From Takakia lepidozioides (lineage: Eukaryota; Plantae; Bryophyta), in contig CM060734.1 of NCBI GenBank assembly GCA_030704615.1, forward strand, positions 22,940,001 through 23,004,000: 64,000 bases of DNA. Reading direction: 5' to 3'. The translations under genes were made by a program, and so were the position numbers. Within the stretch, counting starts at the first letter, position 1. Every line of letters begins with the position of its first letter. The notes beneath the pieces are model-generated. The model saw only the letters and a list, made by a program, of their open reading frames with translations, made no database searches and was not told the DNA's origin. Below, one piece after another: positions 23,184 to 34,336 of this stretch.

Positions 23184-23298
23184 CGGGTTTTGCTAATGTT
23201 ATCAAGTTTCCGCGTGTTTCCTACTGTTCTCAAGTCTACGCGTCTTTGCTACTCTTGCGTGTGTGTTCTGATGCTGTTCTTGCAGGTCGCCGTGCATC

Positions 23299-23609
23299 AT
23301 GAGCGGATCTTCAGAGTTGCGCACGTCATTCCTATTGTCACAACTTCGGAACAGCGTGCAAACCCCCCCAGATGGTCTCTCCAACCACAGGAACCTTGTA
23401 TGGACTCCTGCCATTTCAAGTGGAGGTGGACATCGCGTGAATACAGATGTAACGGTCATTCCTTGGACAAGGATCCAGGATTTTGTCGCAGGGGAGGAAG
23501 AAAGGCCAGAGGCACCCACTCATTTCAACAAAACGGTGCCTAAAAAGCGAAAACATGAGGATGGCGACCTGTTGGCTCCAAGGGCCAATAGTTGCTCCCT
23601 TCTCATAAA
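23299..23609 (+). pseudogene. N-terminal exon of a plant SWIM-zinc-finger/MULE-transposase-related protein
   Basis: VQTPP...NLVWT...DVTVIPWTRIQDFVAGEEERPEAPTHF resembles (from memory) the VQ.PP...DL.W...VALIP..RV..F..GE......PT.F N-terminus of Arabidopsis At4g13970/At1g60560-type SWIM proteins. Acceptor ttgcag at 23286. The rest of the protein was not found. Confidence 0.6.
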
Positions 23610-23700
23610 GTCCGTGTTCTCCTTTGCGGTTTCTTTGCATTCTTTGCTATTCTGTTTTGTGAAAATGCTATGCTCTGTTGGGGGGCTAAAAATCCATGAA

Positions 23701-24197
23701 CAGTGAGCAGTGAGCAGTGAGCAGGTTTTGCCGAACTTCACCGAACCGCCCGGACCTGTTTGCCAAACCACTTCCAGGTTCGGGATAGTTTCAAGGTTCG
23801 GGATAGGTTCGGTTTATAGAATATTCCCATTTTGGATTCCAAATGAGATTTTTACTAAATTTATATTGCATATAACCCCTCAAATATTGAAGGTTTGGCA
23901 CCGAACACCATTTCATACACTAAAAATATATATTTAAGGAAAAAAACTAAAAAATTAAAAAATCAAATAAAAAATTAAATAAAACTGTTTTTAGAAAACG
24001 TAGGTGCCGTGCCATAGGTTCGAAAGTGGTCCGAACTGGTTCGGCATAGTCTCGGCACAGGTTCGGAAGAATATTCCTCGACAAAAATATCCCTCCACAT
24101 AGGCTCGGCACTGGTTCGAAGAATATTCTTTGAATATTTGATAAATTCCATGAATATTCCCTTAAGTTCGGCACTGTTCGGCAAAACCTGCTCACTA
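23701..24197. mobile_element. hAT-like MITE
   Basis: 22-bp TIRs cagtgagcaggttttgccgaac (23715) / gttcggcaaaacctgctcacta (to 24197). Subterminal ccgaac/gttcgg repeats. Left cagtgag is triplicated. TSD degenerate (tccatgaa/ctaatgaa). Confidence 0.75.
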
Positions 24198-25009
24198 CTA
24201 ATGAAGCCGTCACAAAAAAGACACATGTCAAATTTATGTTTGCACACGCCAAGAACCCAAAACAACCGCGCAAAGGAACAGCTGTCCCAAATAGGTTACG
24301 CTATTTTCACTGTCACGTACGTTCAAGTATTGGACACGCAAGAAGGAATCAAACGGTTCCAGGGACACTTCCAAAACGAAGGGACCCCGGAAGAAAGCGA
24401 GTCTGTTCATCATTCTTGTTTCTTAGAGGAAGAGAGGAAGTCAAGCTGAAGAGGGTTCCTTGTTCGGTTCGGAAGAGGAGGAAATCATTGTATTTTACAT
24501 CGGTTAGAGAGAGGCTGAGATCAAGAGAGCAAATGACGAGGCGTCGCATGCAAGATAGTGCAACGCTTAGGCAGCATGTGAACTTGGAGACAGATCAAGC
24601 AGAAGAGCATGTAGGAAGTGAGAGTGAGGTCGTCGCAGTTGCAGCAACGGCTGGAGCAGTGAGCGTAGGTAACCAAACAATGCCAGCCGAGTTCATGCAC
24701 GAAGACAACACAACAGAAGGAGAGCAGTGGATGCCATACCGGGATGAAGTCAGCAAACCCTACATCAGACAAAAATGGTGATCATTCAATATCCGCATAA
24801 TATTGTTATCATTAGTCTTGATGTTTTCCATTCCATGTGGGATCAATACATTGTTTTTTCTTATGTTCAGACCGATGAAAAAGGGAAGAGGAAAGCTGCA
24901 GAGGGCGATCCGAGCGATGCAGCCACGAAGCCGAAGAAGGCGAAGGGATCCATAAGTTCTCTCAAACGCACTTCTCCCTCTTTACTGATAGTCCCCCGAT
25001 GTGAGAAAA

Positions 25010-26515
25010 GCGATGATCAGTGGCGATCGTCGCTTTACAGAAGACTGTAGTTGGTGTCTTATTTCAGCAGATTCAGGAAGTTCGGCAGGCAGGAAAGAAT
25101 ATATATCAAGGCGAAAGTGATGATCGGTGCCGACCATCACCTTCGCCATTGCTTTATATAAGCAAAGAATGCGATGTTCATTGTGATTCAAGAGTGACAG
25201 GGAACTAAAGACGCATCTTGCAATGACGTCGAAGCGATGATCGGTAACGATCATCGCTTTGAGGTCCATTCCCTTCTTGTTCAGAACAGTTTAGAAATGG
25301 CGTGGTCGTTCAGGAAAGTGATGATCGGTACCGACCATCACATTCAGCTCCCATTGTTTGTGCATCCCTTGGCACTTAAATAGTGATGGTCGGTACCGAT
25401 CGTCACTTTCGGCAATGACTGCATGTTAACCCAAAATCCTTTCTCGCATTGGAAGCCTTTGTACAATGAAATTCTTTAGGTGGAGAAATGTCCATTCAAC
25501 TTCATATTTGGAATTGGAGAAACAGCAAAGTGATGGTCGGTGTCGACCATCGCCTACAAGTCCATTTCTATGCTCTATATCTCATACAATGAAAATGCAG
25601 AATTCTGTTGTGAAGTGATGATCGGTGTCGACCATCACATCCAGACCTCATGGGTTGTGCTTCCCAAGGCAGTCTGATTGTGATGATCGGTACCGACCAT
25701 AAGTGTTTGAACGGTTTGGCAATACACCAGAATCCATAAAAGGAGACCAAGTTCAGTGGGTGAAAGAAAGGATTCTGACTAAGAGTGATGATCGGTGCCG
25801 ACCATCACACTCAGACGTCATGGGGTTCGCTTCCTAATGCAATCTGATTGTGACGATCGGTACCGATCATCACTTTTTGAACAGATTGGCAATGCACCAG
25901 AATCCAAGAGAGGACATCAAGTTCAATGTGTGATAGAGGGGATTCTGACTTACAGTGATGATCGGTGCCGACCATCACATTTAGACCTCATGGGTTGTGC
26001 TTCCCAAGGCAGTCTGATTGTGATGATCGGTACCGACCATCACTTTTTGAACAGATTGGCAATGCACCAGAATCCAAAAGAGGACATCAAGTTCAATGAG
26101 TGATAGAATGGGTTCTGACTTCTAGTGATGATCGGTGCCGACCATCTCATTTAGACCTCATGGGTTGTGCTTCCCAAGGCAGTCTGATTGTGATGATCGG
26201 TACCGACCATCACTTTTTGAACAGATTGGCAATGCACTAGAATCCAAAAGAGGACATCAAGTTCAATGAGTGATAGAATGGGTTCTGACTTCTAGTGATG
26301 ATCGGTGCCGACCATCACATTTAGACCACGTGGGTGTTTGCATCCCAATGCTGTCTTGTGGTGATGTGCGGTACCGACCATCGCTTGCATCATCCTGATG
26401 GTCGGCACCGATCATCGCAGTCTAGTGAGAAAGAAGTCAAGGTGCATTGGGAAACCAAGTAGGATTTCAATTCATTTGTTAGAAGACAAAGTGATGGTCG
26501 GTACCGATCGTCACT
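25010..26515. repeat. Array of 24-bp palindromes GTGATGRTCGGTRCCGAYCATCAC, partly organised as 170-bp tandem units
   Basis: About 18 copies between 25010 and 26515. Four ~170-bp units (two palindromes each) at ~25615-26320. Further copies at 28442, 28578, 28673 and 29944. Confidence 0.92.
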
Positions 26516-26583
26516 GTGTTAAAATGTCTGTTTTCCTGAACACCAGTTGAATGTTGCTGTTGTGGCGGTTTTGGGTATGCAGA

Positions 26584-29500
26584 AGAATGTAAAGTCCAAG
26601 CAGGCAAAAACAGATGCAAAGGGCTGTGGAGAAGGGGACGACTCCACAAAGAGTTCTGAGAACAGCGGAGACACTGACGAGCCTGAATTGCACTACCTTG
26701 ACAAGGTGAAACAACTTATGTCATATCAAACGGTAAATTCCCAGGAGGTTATTAGGGACATGATCGTCTTTGGAGGACGTCTTGAAATCCCTCTCTGCCG
26801 GATGATCTCCATGCCTGTTGTTCGTCCTCCACTTTCGCATGACATTACCAAGTTGGAAACAGATTTCGTGCACGGGTATAGAATGGGTGCACAAGTTTTT
26901 TACGTCTCACTGAAGGATACTAATGGTCACAGCACAAAAGTGAGCCCAGAGATTACGGACAACTGGGATGATTGCTGGAAGGATGTGAATGACGAGTTCG
27001 AAGACTCTCTGCTGCTTGGACATAACACCCAGCAGTTCTGCAACCACATGTTCTATGTCTGGGACGGGAACCATCGCTTGCTAGCTTGGATGGGGTACAT
27101 TGCGAAACACCATTCAAAAGACAAGGACAAGCATTGTGCTGTGGAGGCAATGGTTCTGGATCCTGGGAATGACATCGCCAGACTTTTGACAGCTATGCAT
27201 GACGTGAACAAGTAGGACTTCCTCAGAAACCCATAGCCTTTCAAATTGCATGTTGTGCGCATTTCAAGTCCAAACGTTAAATATTTCTTACGTATGCAAT
27301 GTGTATTCCCTGTTTGCAGATCGACAGAGAAATCACATGTTACTACGAGCCTGGTCCACACACTATTCCGCATTCAGAGAATTGGTTTGATGAAGCTTGA
27401 TGAGTTCCGCACAGTGCTACATCCTGATGTCATCAAGAAGTGCGAAACAGGAAGATCTGCAGGGACCTGGTACTCGTTGACCCGAGATGCATTTTTGGAG
27501 TACATGTATGCGGTATGGCCCAAACCACTTCTTCCTATGTTATTACATACAAATTTGCAATTGTATGTCTGCTAATCCAATCGTTGATACTTGCAGCAAG
27601 AACTGGCAGAGGCCGCCGAGAGGGGGAAATCTGAGTACTACCGCACTACAGTAGAAGAGTTGAGGACTGCTAAAGGAGTTGGAGCAGCCATAAAGAAGGA
27701 GTACGAGATAAGGAGAACGAAGCTGATGTCGGCCTTCCTGAAGCAATTGAGAATAGTGGATCCCGGACTTGGGGAGGAGTTCCTTCTCCAAATCAAATCC
27801 CACTACGACAAGCATGTACATCCAGAGATGCAACAGGAGAAATTGCACAGGCTGGCTCTCTCTATGGTTGACAACCAGACAAAAGTGAGATGGCTTGAGA
27901 TTTGGAACTCGAATCAGACGGTGAAGGATCTGAATCAGTTCCCAAAAAGCACAATCCAGCCTGGCACCAAGGTCGAGGGAATAAGTGATATTGTTTTTTA
28001 TCAGTGGCTTCACAAGGCCACATTTTGGAGTCAGGTATTTGTGGATTCAAGTACCTGTTGTATATGAAATATCCTATAGCTTTGTCATGCGCAATTCTGA
28101 TACATGTTCCCATTGCAGCTGGAGAAACGCGCCATTCTTGTCCTGGAGCAGAATTTGAAGGACTTGAATATTTCGATGGTCTCACCACCACAGATGACCT
28201 TGGAGGCGTACATTAGAAAGTGGAAAGGTCTCACGTGGCGGTACTGTTTCTTGCAAGAGTTCTCCAAGGATGGCAACATATTGAGGTCGAACGATTTTGA
28301 CAGTCAAGTTGGAGGGGAGTGGGCGATGATGCGTGTTGTTTACAGGTGCAGTGCCATATGCCTATCCAGCACATTCTTTAAACTTTTGTCATGCCTCATT
28401 GAGAGAAGCTTTGTATTTCTTTTCTGCTACACAGCAGTTTGGTGATGGTCGGTACCGATCATCACATCCACTGCTATGATATTCTCCAGTCAAACAGTTG
28501 TCACTGCTGATCATGTCTTTGTTTCCATCCTTAATCCTGCCTCTGTTATCATAGGCAGTCTGTTTCTGATGAATGAAGTGATGGTCGGTTCCGACCATCA
28601 CATTTCCCATTTGTGCAGTCTACATAATCATAAGGATTTTCCAACCCATGTTGCATTCTCTCTCATGTGAAAGTGATGATCGCCACCGATCATCACTTTC
28701 TTCTGCTTTCTGATATCTTGTTTTGGGGGATGGTGTTATTTTGAGCCTCCGCAGGTACACTAAATATGTGTTGATGGAAGGAAAACACCTGAGTGGAATC
28801 CCAGATTACCTGGACATGTGGTCCGATCCTGCCAACGATCCCACCATGTACACAGCTGGTATCTTGAGGGACTGGAGTCCTGCCCACTTCAGGGACTGTG
28901 GATGGTACCTCGACTGCCCTCCAGAGCACACGACATTTCAAGAGCAGCAAATGAACAACCATGCGGAGATGCTGGCACCTTTGAACGACGAAGAGTACCA
29001 GAGGAACATTGCTTCATTGGCCGCCAAGGAGCCAGACGCGCAGGCAACTCCACAGAAAGGCAGGAAGGCGGGTCGAAAGGGGAAAGATCCAAAGGCTCCG
29101 GAGGTAGTAGCCAAGTCACCTGGGAAGCCTAAGGACAAAGAGAAGGAGAAGGCTAAGGGGAAGGAGAAGGCGAAGGAGAAAGAGACGGAAAAGGAGAAAG
29201 GTGAGGACAAGGAGAAAGATGAGACCGCTGGGAGGTACACCCTCACTGTTCAATGTCCATTCGATGCCAAGCCACACCCTTCCCGTGCGGACTTGGCAGG
29301 GCAGATCAAGATTGTGAATGAGGGATGGCTGGCGATGATGGAGACTCGGAGAAAGAGTTACTCGGGGGTGCCATCACCAACTTGGGATAACATGATTTCA
29401 TTTCTTAATCTGGTAAGAATCTTTCTCTTCACATGGGACTTTCGAATTTTGTGTATGCCAATGTAGATGATGGTTTCTGTTGGGACCCTCATTTCTGTTT

Positions 29501-30850
29501 GACTTGAAATTATACCGGTATGCTGCAGGTGAGCAATGGTCCCTCATTCGTATGCGGTGTTCAAAAACCCTTTGCCGCTGACATGGTCATCCTTGACATC
29601 CCAGACGGCCTGCCTGTCCCCGACGTTCCTCCAAAGGGAAAGACTCCATCCTGGAACAGATTCGATGAGAACTACTGGAGTTGGGTATTCGGCTTCTGCA
29701 ATAATTTCCTTTCAGATGTAGGAACGCTTTTGCTCTTCCAGTCATGTGATAAGGATAGTCGTAAGGGTCTGGCATCATACCTGAAGTCGTCTGGGTTCGA
29801 AATTCTGAGGACATGGAATTGTGTGAACATCCTGTACCTTCTGAAAGGTGGTTGCCCTGGACAGCTGGTATGGCACCGCCCTACTCTGAACTGTTTCCCA
29901 ATGTCTTTTCAGTTGTTTCTGCTGGCTTGCTCTACCACCATATGTGATGATCGGCACCGATCATCACAAAAACATTCCATTGTAGTTTACATTTGCAGTC
30001 CATGTTCTGTTCTTTCCTGCGCCAGAATTTCTTTCGAATTTCTATGTCTCACTCCTACCTTGCATCTTTGCCAGACAAGGATGTTTGAGGCAATTTGCCT
30101 AAGGCGGATTTGCACTTCCAAAACACCTTCATCCGTTCGCAGCTTTGAAATTTCCGACCAAGGGTGTTTTGTCAACCCCCCATATGAACTGCATGTGGAT
30201 GACATGCTGTACAATTTCATGCACTCCAGTCAGACAGCCAAAAGACCAGACTCTTCCAGTTTGCATCCGATTTTGCATCCTCTACAACCTTCTTGAGGCT
30301 TTCTGTCTTGGCAGGTGCAACTTACCGTGCTTGCAAGGTTGGTGGGAGAAGCCTTTTTGGCATGGAGGGCGACACCGAACTATTCAAGAGTGTCCTCCTC
30401 CCTCTTGTGTTTGGCTCTACGTCTGGCACACAGACCAAACAAATTCAAATCAGAAATGATGAGGATACCGAGGATAAGCAGATCGACAACGACTTCTCAT
30501 GTGAGTAAGTCAGCCATGGAAATGTCATTCCAATTTGGGTGCTTGTTCAATTTTGCATACATCAAAATTGCAGTAATAACTTTTATCATGCTTTGACTTG
30601 TAGGAACGACAGCGATGGATCTTCAGGAGAAACCCCCATTTGTGCTGAGACTGTTTTCGACAGTCCCCTTTCCACTTTTGTGCTTCTTGTCTATGCCGAA
30701 GCAATGGCACTTGAAATGGCCGAGGCTCTATCCCCTGACTTCTTATTGCCCGATCGCAGGAGTAGCCATCGTAGATCCGGAGTTCTGAAATTCTTGGACT
30801 TGGATGCAGTGGACGCGGGGATACATTGTACTGACTCTAGATCAGACTGA
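26584..30850 (+). CDS. Spliced gene: ParB/Sulfiredoxin-like domain + helical region + K/E-rich linker + degenerate beta-class N6A/N4C DNA methyltransferase-like domain
   Basis: Exons 26584-27211, 27320-27512, 27597-28034, 28119-28345, 28755-29412, 29529-29867, 30075-~30258, 30315-30504, 30604-30850, joined in frame by GT-AG introns. Motifs VRPP and FYVWDGNHRLLAW (ParB/Srx), ADMVILDIPDG (DPPY position), FLSDVGTLLLF, GATYRACKVGGRSLFGMEGD. Probable upstream exons at ~24533-24748 and 24871-24955 could not be phased. Confidence 0.72.
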
Positions 30851-31429
30851 ACTTCGCATTTATTTTGTTCAATTTATATCCTATTCGGAACTCATTGAAT
30901 TCCCTTGCCTCATTGCATTTGTTCTAGCAGAAAAAAAGGTGATTCAAACAATCTACTCGGATTCAAATGTCAATCTCATGAATCCATCCCCTCAACCCCT
31001 CACACTCATGTCATATCCATTGTGCATTCATCTATTGTGTATTCATGCATCCTCCATTCAAGAATGTTTTCCATCATTCAACATCCATCCCACATTCATC
31101 CATTGTACTCTCATCCATCCCACATTCCTCCATTCGCTTGCATTATTCCCACATATCCATATATTTCTCATCCACTCTACATTCATCCATCCTGCATTCA
31201 ATTGTTGCTTTCAGGTGGGGATGACCACGTCCTTTTATTATTTCGTCGAACTTGTTTCCGCGGTTGAGGGTGCTCTTCCGCGGAAATACAGTCTGCTTCT
31301 TAATTGGCGCGCGTTGACGTGGCTTTTAAGCTCGATGACGTGGAGTGAGCCCGGTGATGTGGCGTTCGTTTAAGGTGACGTGGCGTGAGCGCAACCATCC
31401 CTGTATATAGAACAATGAACATATCGCCA

Positions 31430-31837
31430 TTAGACAGAACCGGAGTCAATGGTCAACGCCGGAGTCAATGGTCAACAAGTTTTTGAAATTCAAATTCCAA
31501 ATTCAAATTTTCCCGCCTAAATTCAAATGTACCCCCTTAAATTGTGACGTCCGGGCGTCGCACTTTGCGACCCCCAGACGGTGCTAATTCTGCATTGCAG
31601 AATAGGGTTTTCTTATTCTTATTCTTTTTCTTTTTTCTTTTTTCTTTTTTCCGACGCCCGGGCGTCGCAAATCGCGGTTTCGCATATTTGCGACCCCCAT
31701 TGGTCGTAAATTTGCGACGTTTTTTTGGCGACGCCCGGACGTCGCAAATTTGGTTTTTTTTTCCGCCCGAAAAGGTCTATTTTACGACGCCGCAGGGTGG
31801 CCGCGGCGTGGAAACCCCCCCCCCTTTTCCTGTAGTG
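31430..31837. mobile_element. Orphan terminus of a CACTA (En/Spm) transposon
   Basis: Ends ...ccccttttcctgTAGTG (reverse complement CACTAcaggaaaag). Direct and inverted subterminal repeats cgacgcccgggcgtcgc / tttgcgac. The partner end was not found in the window. Confidence 0.75.
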
Positions 31838-32263
31838 CTAGTGGTCGATTTGCCAAATGAACCAAAGCCTGATGATCAACAATAAACTTAAAGCGATTGC
31901 CTAGTAAATAATGCCGAAACTTTTGAACAGCATAAATCATTGTCAATGCCTCTCTTTCCGTGGTGCTATAGTTCTTCTCAGCCGTTGTCAGCAGTCTGCT
32001 TGCATAATAGATTGATGAGTCTATTGTGCCTGTCACATTCTAAGCCAGAACTGCTCCCAAGGTGATGCCTGATGCATCACTGTGTACATGGAATGGTAAA
32101 TCCCATCTTGGATTGATCAGGATTGGTGCTGATGTGAGTGCCCTTTTTAGTGAATCAAATGATTCCTGGCAATCTGGAGACCATTGGTATTTGCCTTCTT
32201 CAGCAGTCTATAGACTGGTGCTGCTCTGTGAGCATACTTGGCCATGTACCTTCTGTAATAGCT
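31838..32263 (-). pseudogene. pol: Gypsy RT-connection/RNase H fragment, inverted relative to the adjacent copy
   Basis: FHVHSDASG, YYASRLL, NYSTTEREAL, FIVDHQAL. Confidence 0.85.
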
Positions 32264-34336
32264 TGTTACAAACCATTAACAAAGAGATGCTGGGAAGAGT
32301 CAATGCCAATAAGTTAAAGGGATATATTGGTATCCATGACAAACCATTGCAGCACGATTTGCATGTTGAAACGCAAAAATAGTCACGGGCTGCGCCAGTG
32401 ATACCAACGGAGTATGGAGCACTTGTCGCTAAGCCGAGCGTATATGACCAGGGCGGGAAGTACAAGTATTCGCATAGCTATCACAACCCAACACTGCGTG
32501 ACACAGCCTATCACAGCCCAACACAGCGTGACACAGCCTATCACAGCTCATCACAGTGTCACACAGCCTATCACAGCCCACCACAGTGCTACACAGCCTG
32601 TCACAGCCCAACACAGCCCAAGCAGGTTACACAGTCCATAGGGTCAGTGACAGGTGAACGCGGGTTAACGTCAAAAAAGTGGCCATCAAGTGAAGAAGAA
32701 GTTTGGAAGTCAAACTTGGAGAATATGCCACGCGGAGAGGGGAAGTCGGGGGCATGCTTAGAAACGGACACGTGGCCACTAAGGCGAAGCACACCGCACT
32801 GCATCAATTGCAAAAGAGGGTTTCATCATGCAAGTGGACAAATTGGGCCGTCAAAGTACCTACCCGGTACAGCCGCTAAGACTATTTGTGGGCCCATTAA
32901 TGCATTCAAAGTAAGGGTAACGGAACACTTTTCGAGTACAGAAAAGAGGAACCTATGCCACATGTGCTGTCCTACTGGACATTCCAGGTGGGAATGTCCA
33001 CGGAGAGGAGTGGAATTAAGAAGTTACCTAAATAGGCAACGGCCAATCAGGAGTGCGAATTACGTGCAGGTGGTTTCCTCCAAGAAACAAGAACAAGAAA
33101 TAGGAAGTATTATGAGCGGAAGAGTCGGGGTGGCTCCGAATAGCCAGTGTCTCGACGGAAGGGGCAATCAAAGCACTAGCTTTGTAGCTATGGTGGATGT
33201 AACGGATTACACATTCGCTTTACTTCTTACGCAGTGGCGCAAGGACGGACGAATTGAGAGTACATTTTCTCTCACTCGATACTTGCAAGCCCAACAGGCT
33301 TACTGTCGAGCGGCTTTTACTCACCCATCCCTTCGCTATCCAAGGTGGGAACTCTAAGATAGAAGAGTTGGAAATCTCTAAGCACTCAGACCGCTCAGAA
33401 CAATCAGTCATGACCTACAGCTAGTGTATCATGGGGGTGTTTCCTATTTTTACTCCTTCCCGCATTCATGTTAGCGAGTTACCTTACTGTCTGCAATTAA
33501 GTATCAGTTTGCTTCAGAAATCTATCAAGTTCCATCCATTCATTCCACAGCTTCACTCAGGTCTCTCTACACAGTGTGAGTATGAAGTATGTATCAGATT
33601 AATATTTATCAAGTATCAGGCTGAAGCCATGGTGTCTTTAATCTACTCTACATTACAATTCTACAGCTTGCATTCATTAAGTAACAACAAATCGTCACTT
33701 CTCCTACTCCGTGCTCTTCATCTTTCCACTCAGAGATGTGCTCTCCCCTCTATTTTCCAAGCCGTGATGCCAGAAGTCCCCCCCCAAGAAGTGATCCCCA
33801 GACGTCCCCGCTCTTTGCTTTATCTCCCTACAAGCTGTTCTAACTGCTTTCCTAACTAACCGTCATCCCTGTAGTACACGTTCTTTTTTCAGATGTCGTT
33901 CCCCACAGTCGTTCCCTGCCAATGATAACTGTCCCCCAGCTGTGCCGAGCTGTGACTGGCTGTATCAGGCTGTGGCGGGCTGTGATTGGCTGTGTCGGGC
34001 TGTGAGTGCAAAGCTGTGGCGGCTGTGTCGGGCTGTGATTAGCTGTGTCGGGCTATGTCGGCTGTGCAAAGCTGTGATGGCTGTGTCGGGCTGTGACTGG
34101 CTGTGTTGGACTGTGACGGGCTGTGTTGGCTATGACTGGCTGTGTTGGACTGTGACGGGTTGTGACGGTTGTGTATCTCCCCCCCTAAAGCCTGTTGCTG
34201 TCACCCCTAAGGCTCCTGTTGGTCTCAGTCTGTGTAAAAATTAAGGGTACCCCATAGATCCTGTAAAAGCGTCTAAGTCCCAAGCAGCCCTCTAACATTT
34301 ACCCCTCCCCCTCTCAAAAAGCCGTGTCCTCACGGT

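Noticed and set aside
25010-26515. CRISPR array
   Set aside because: Eukaryotic intronic context, no cas genes, irregular spacer lengths, and several spacers are tandem duplicates.
30804-31373. 189-aa His/Ile-rich ORF
   Set aside because: Derived from low-complexity catccatt repeats.
10453-31411. Single minus-strand Helitron (TCTATATAC start near 31411, CTAG end near 10454)
   Set aside because: No A|T target site, no canonical subterminal GC hairpin, and no Rep/helicase sequence.
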